Below, one piece after another: positions 24,386 to 26,496 of a DNA stretch of 26,496 bases (its first letter is position 1; each line of letters opens with the position of its first letter). The position numbers and the translations under genes were made by a program. Source of the stretch: Armatimonadia bacterium (GTDB taxonomy: Bacteria > Armatimonadota > Zipacnadia > Zipacnadales > UBA11051); assembly GCA_039683575.1 (NCBI GenBank), contig JBDKRC010000006.1:1-26496 (forward strand), in the 5' to 3' direction. Below the pieces are notes generated by a model. It did not search any database. It worked only from the letters and a program-made list of their open reading frames with translations, and was not told the origin of the DNA.

Positions 24386-25756
24386 ATGAGCACCCCCAAC
24401 CTGACCGCCGGCGCGGCCCGCGTCGACATTACGCCACCTCTGACCATTCCCGAACTCGGCTTCCTCCCCGCCCGCCACACTTTCTTCCGGGGAGTCCACG
24501 ACCCTCTCTACGCTCGCGCCCTCGTGGTTGGAAACGGTGCCACCCGCGTAGCCATGGTGGTCGCCGATGCCATCGGCCTGAAGCGCACCCTCTTCGGTGA
24601 CGGGCGCGACTTCATCGCCGAAGTGCGAGAGCGCGCCTCCGCTCTGACCGGCCTCGCCCCCGACCACCTCATGGTCGCAGCCACCCACGCCCACTCAACG
24701 CCCGAGACCATGGGCTCCCGCCCGCTCACCGCGCATCCCGGCGGCCTGCAGTGGCTTGAGGCGCTGGCCGACCAGTTGGCCTCCGCCGTCGCCGCGGCTG
24801 ACGGCGCACGTGAGCCCGTGCGCCTCAAGCAGGCCGTAGGCCGTGCCGACGGCCTCTCCTGCTGCCGCCGGGTCTTCGGCAAAGGCGGCAGGATCTATGG
24901 CTATGCCAATCGCCCGCCAGACGACCAGATCGCCGACTCGGGCCAGATTGACCCGGCGGTCACGGTCCTGCACCTGGAAACCGCGGACGGCAAGCCAGGG
25001 ACCGCGCTCGTACACTTCACCGCTCACCCTGTGACGGTGCAGGTGAATAAACTCATATCCGCCGACTACCCCGGTGCCGCCGTGGCCCATGTTGAAGACG
25101 CCGGTATCGGCTGCGAACGCCTCGTCTTCCTCCAGGGCGCCTGCGGCAATATCAACCCCATACGCGGCACCAGCGGCTTCGACGACGTTGCGCTCTACGG
25201 ACAGGTACTGGGCGAAGAGACCACCAGGTTGCTCACGCTGTCCGCCGCCCCGGACTATCCCGTCGCCAGCGATTGCGTCGCCTCGGCCACGGTGCCAGTA
25301 GCGCTCCCCTCGCGCGACGTGCCGGACTTGGCCGACCTGCAGCGCCAGATGGCCCAGCGAGAGCATGAAGCCCTTTCGGCCGCGACCGAGCAGCAGCGCG
25401 CCGCGGCCCAGGCGGCCATCTACCTGCTGCAAGAGCACCTCGCGCGCGCAGAGTATGGCTCAGGTCCGTTCCAGACCGAGGTTCAGGCCCTTCGCGTCGG
25501 CGACACAGTACTCGTCGGCGTTCCGGTAGAGCCCTTCGTCGAACTCGGCCTCGCCATCCGCGCCCTCAGTGACCGCCTCACCTGCCTCTGCGTCGGCTAT
25601 GCCAACGACTACCTCGGCTACGTCGGCCCTCCCGAGGCATGGAAACAAGGCGGCTACGAATTCGGCCTCGGCACCTGGGCATACCTCGGCCCAGATGCCT
25701 ACGATATGCTCCTCGGCGCCAGTCGTGAAGCAGTACGCTTAGTCACTGCCGGTTGA
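24386..25756 (+). CDS. Neutral/alkaline ceramidase N-terminal-domain family metallo-hydrolase (substrate unknown)
   Basis: GAARVDITPP, GVHDPLYARAL, ATHAHSTP, TAHP, SADYPG, QGACGNINP, GYANDYLGY, GGYE. The track's 24203 start runs through a REPIN, so ATG 24386 is preferred. Confidence 0.8.
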   Translation: MSTPNLTAGAARVDITPPLTIPELGFLPARHTFFRGVHDPLYARALVVGNGATRVAMVVADAIGLKRTLFGDGRDFIAEVRERASALTGLAPDHLMVAATHAHSTPETMGSRPLTAHPGGLQWLEALADQLASAVAAADGAREPVRLKQAVGRADGLSCCRRVFGKGGRIYGYANRPPDDQIADSGQIDPAVTVLHLETADGKPGTALVHFTAHPVTVQVNKLISADYPGAAVAHVEDAGIGCERLVFLQGACGNINPIRGTSGFDDVALYGQVLGEETTRLLTLSAAPDYPVASDCVASATVPVALPSRDVPDLADLQRQMAQREHEALSAATEQQRAAAQAAIYLLQEHLARAEYGSGPFQTEVQALRVGDTVLVGVPVEPFVELGLAIRALSDRLTCLCVGYANDYLGYVGPPEAWKQGGYEFGLGTWAYLGPDAYDMLLGASREAVRLVTAG

Positions 25757-25859
25757 AGCAAGGCCGGTGCGCCGTCTCCGACTCCCCTTCCTGTGAGACC
25801 GCAGGCGGTTCCGGGGAGGCGCTTGAGCTGGGACGCCGTCTCTCTCAGTATCGTCTCTC

Positions 25860-25886
25860 TTAGCACTCGCACCCTACGAGTGCTAA
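25860..25886. promoter_or_regulatory. CIRCE element (HrcA operator)
   Basis: Perfect TTAGCACTC-N9-GAGTGCTAA upstream of groES. Confidence 0.97.
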
Positions 25887-25893
25887 TTCCCTC

Positions 25894-25922
25894 TTGCATC
25901 CTCTCGCAAAACACGCTATATT
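25894..25922 (+). promoter_or_regulatory. Sigma70-type promoter for groESL
   Basis: TTGCAT (25894-25899), 17-bp spacer, TATATT (25917-25922). Confidence 0.7.
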
Positions 25923-25980
25923 ACCGCCTGCAGTTAAGGCATATACAGCCACACTGTGACCGTGAAGGGAGGTACGTTTA

Positions 25981-26259
25981 GTGGCTCTTAAAGTTCTAGG
26001 CGCACGTGTAATGATCAAGGTGGACGAGGCTCAGACCACCGAGGGAGGCATCTTCCTGCCTGAGGCCGCCCGCCAGAAGTCCCAGTGGGCGACTGTCGTT
26101 AGCGTTGGCGAGTATCGTCTCGAGAACGGCTCCACGGCCCCGCTCGACGTCAAAGTCGGCGACCGCGTCATCTTCGCCAAGTACGGCGGCCGTGAGGTCA
26201 GCGAAGCTGGTGAAGACTACCTGATCCTCGAAGCCGACCAGATCTACGCCAAAGAGTAG
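25981..26259 (+). CDS. groES: Co-chaperonin GroES
   Basis: TEGGIFLP, VKVGDRVIFAKYGG; GGGAGG RBS; CIRCE upstream. Confidence 0.96.
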   Translation: MALKVLGARVMIKVDEAQTTEGGIFLPEAARQKSQWATVVSVGEYRLENGSTAPLDVKVGDRVIFAKYGGREVSEAGEDYLILEADQIYAKE

Positions 26260-26322
26260 ACCCGCCGCACCGGCGCTCCGCCGTCCGCCTCACCACGGGG
26301 GCGTTGCGTCTTCCGCCTCACC

Positions 26323-26425
26323 GTAGGGGCGGACCGTGGTCCGCCCGCCGTTGCCGCACCCATGTCGTCGTAGGACGGGCGTCTCGCCCGTCTCCCAAAC
26401 CGCGTAGTGCGGGCGTCCCGCCCGC
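26323..26425 (+). repeat. Three GTAG REPs between groES and groEL
   Basis: GTAGGGGCGGACCGTGGTCCGCCC (26323-26346), GTAGGACGGGCGTCTCGCCCGTC (26370-26392), GTAGTGCGGGCGTCCCGCCCGC (26404-26425). Confidence 0.88.
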
Positions 26426-26470
26426 CTCCGCCGCACAAAAAACTAGATTTCCACAAGGAGACAGGCTAGT

Positions 26471-26496
26471 ATGGCTGCTAAGAATATCCTCTTCGA
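26471..26496 (+). CDS. groEL: Chaperonin GroEL, 5' fragment (MAAKNILF...)
   Basis: MAAK start after AAGGAG, downstream of groES; truncated by the window edge. Confidence 0.85.

Overview
High-GC bacterial chromosomal window. Apart from a transposase fragment at the left edge, all supported genes are on the + strand. The lineage is probably a diderm such as Armatimonadota, inferred from three '[16 protein letters not shown](F/L)PV..AR' DUF1559/H-X9-DG prepilin-like paralogs, a lipid A cluster and a CIRCE element. Gene order: left end of an IS1202-like (ISNCY) element; ileS-dksA/traR-like-lspA-lgt-rluD-like; fabZ-lpxA-lpxB-msbA-waaA-lpxK-lpxL-GH26; an orphan MalK/MsmX-type ATPase; tatC; an MrfA/DUF1998 helicase; three DUF1559 prepilin-like genes; a ceramidase-N-family hydrolase; CIRCE-groES-groEL (5' end). 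Two signals stand out. (1) Several classes of GTAG-headed REP palindromes and REPINs fill the intergenic regions. One 77-bp REPIN sits in frame inside two unrelated housekeeping genes (rluD-like and the helicase) and encodes a closely related 26-aa peptide in both (CRAGARTPPAV...QAPALQ). Further palindromes lie inside a signal peptide and a prepilin leader. (2) The type-1 IleRS carries many substitutions at normally conserved motif positions, including natural equivalents of the S. aureus mupirocin-resistance changes H67Q and V588F, and sits behind a non-T-box, attenuator-like leader. All family assignments come from motifs read by eye; no database searches were run.
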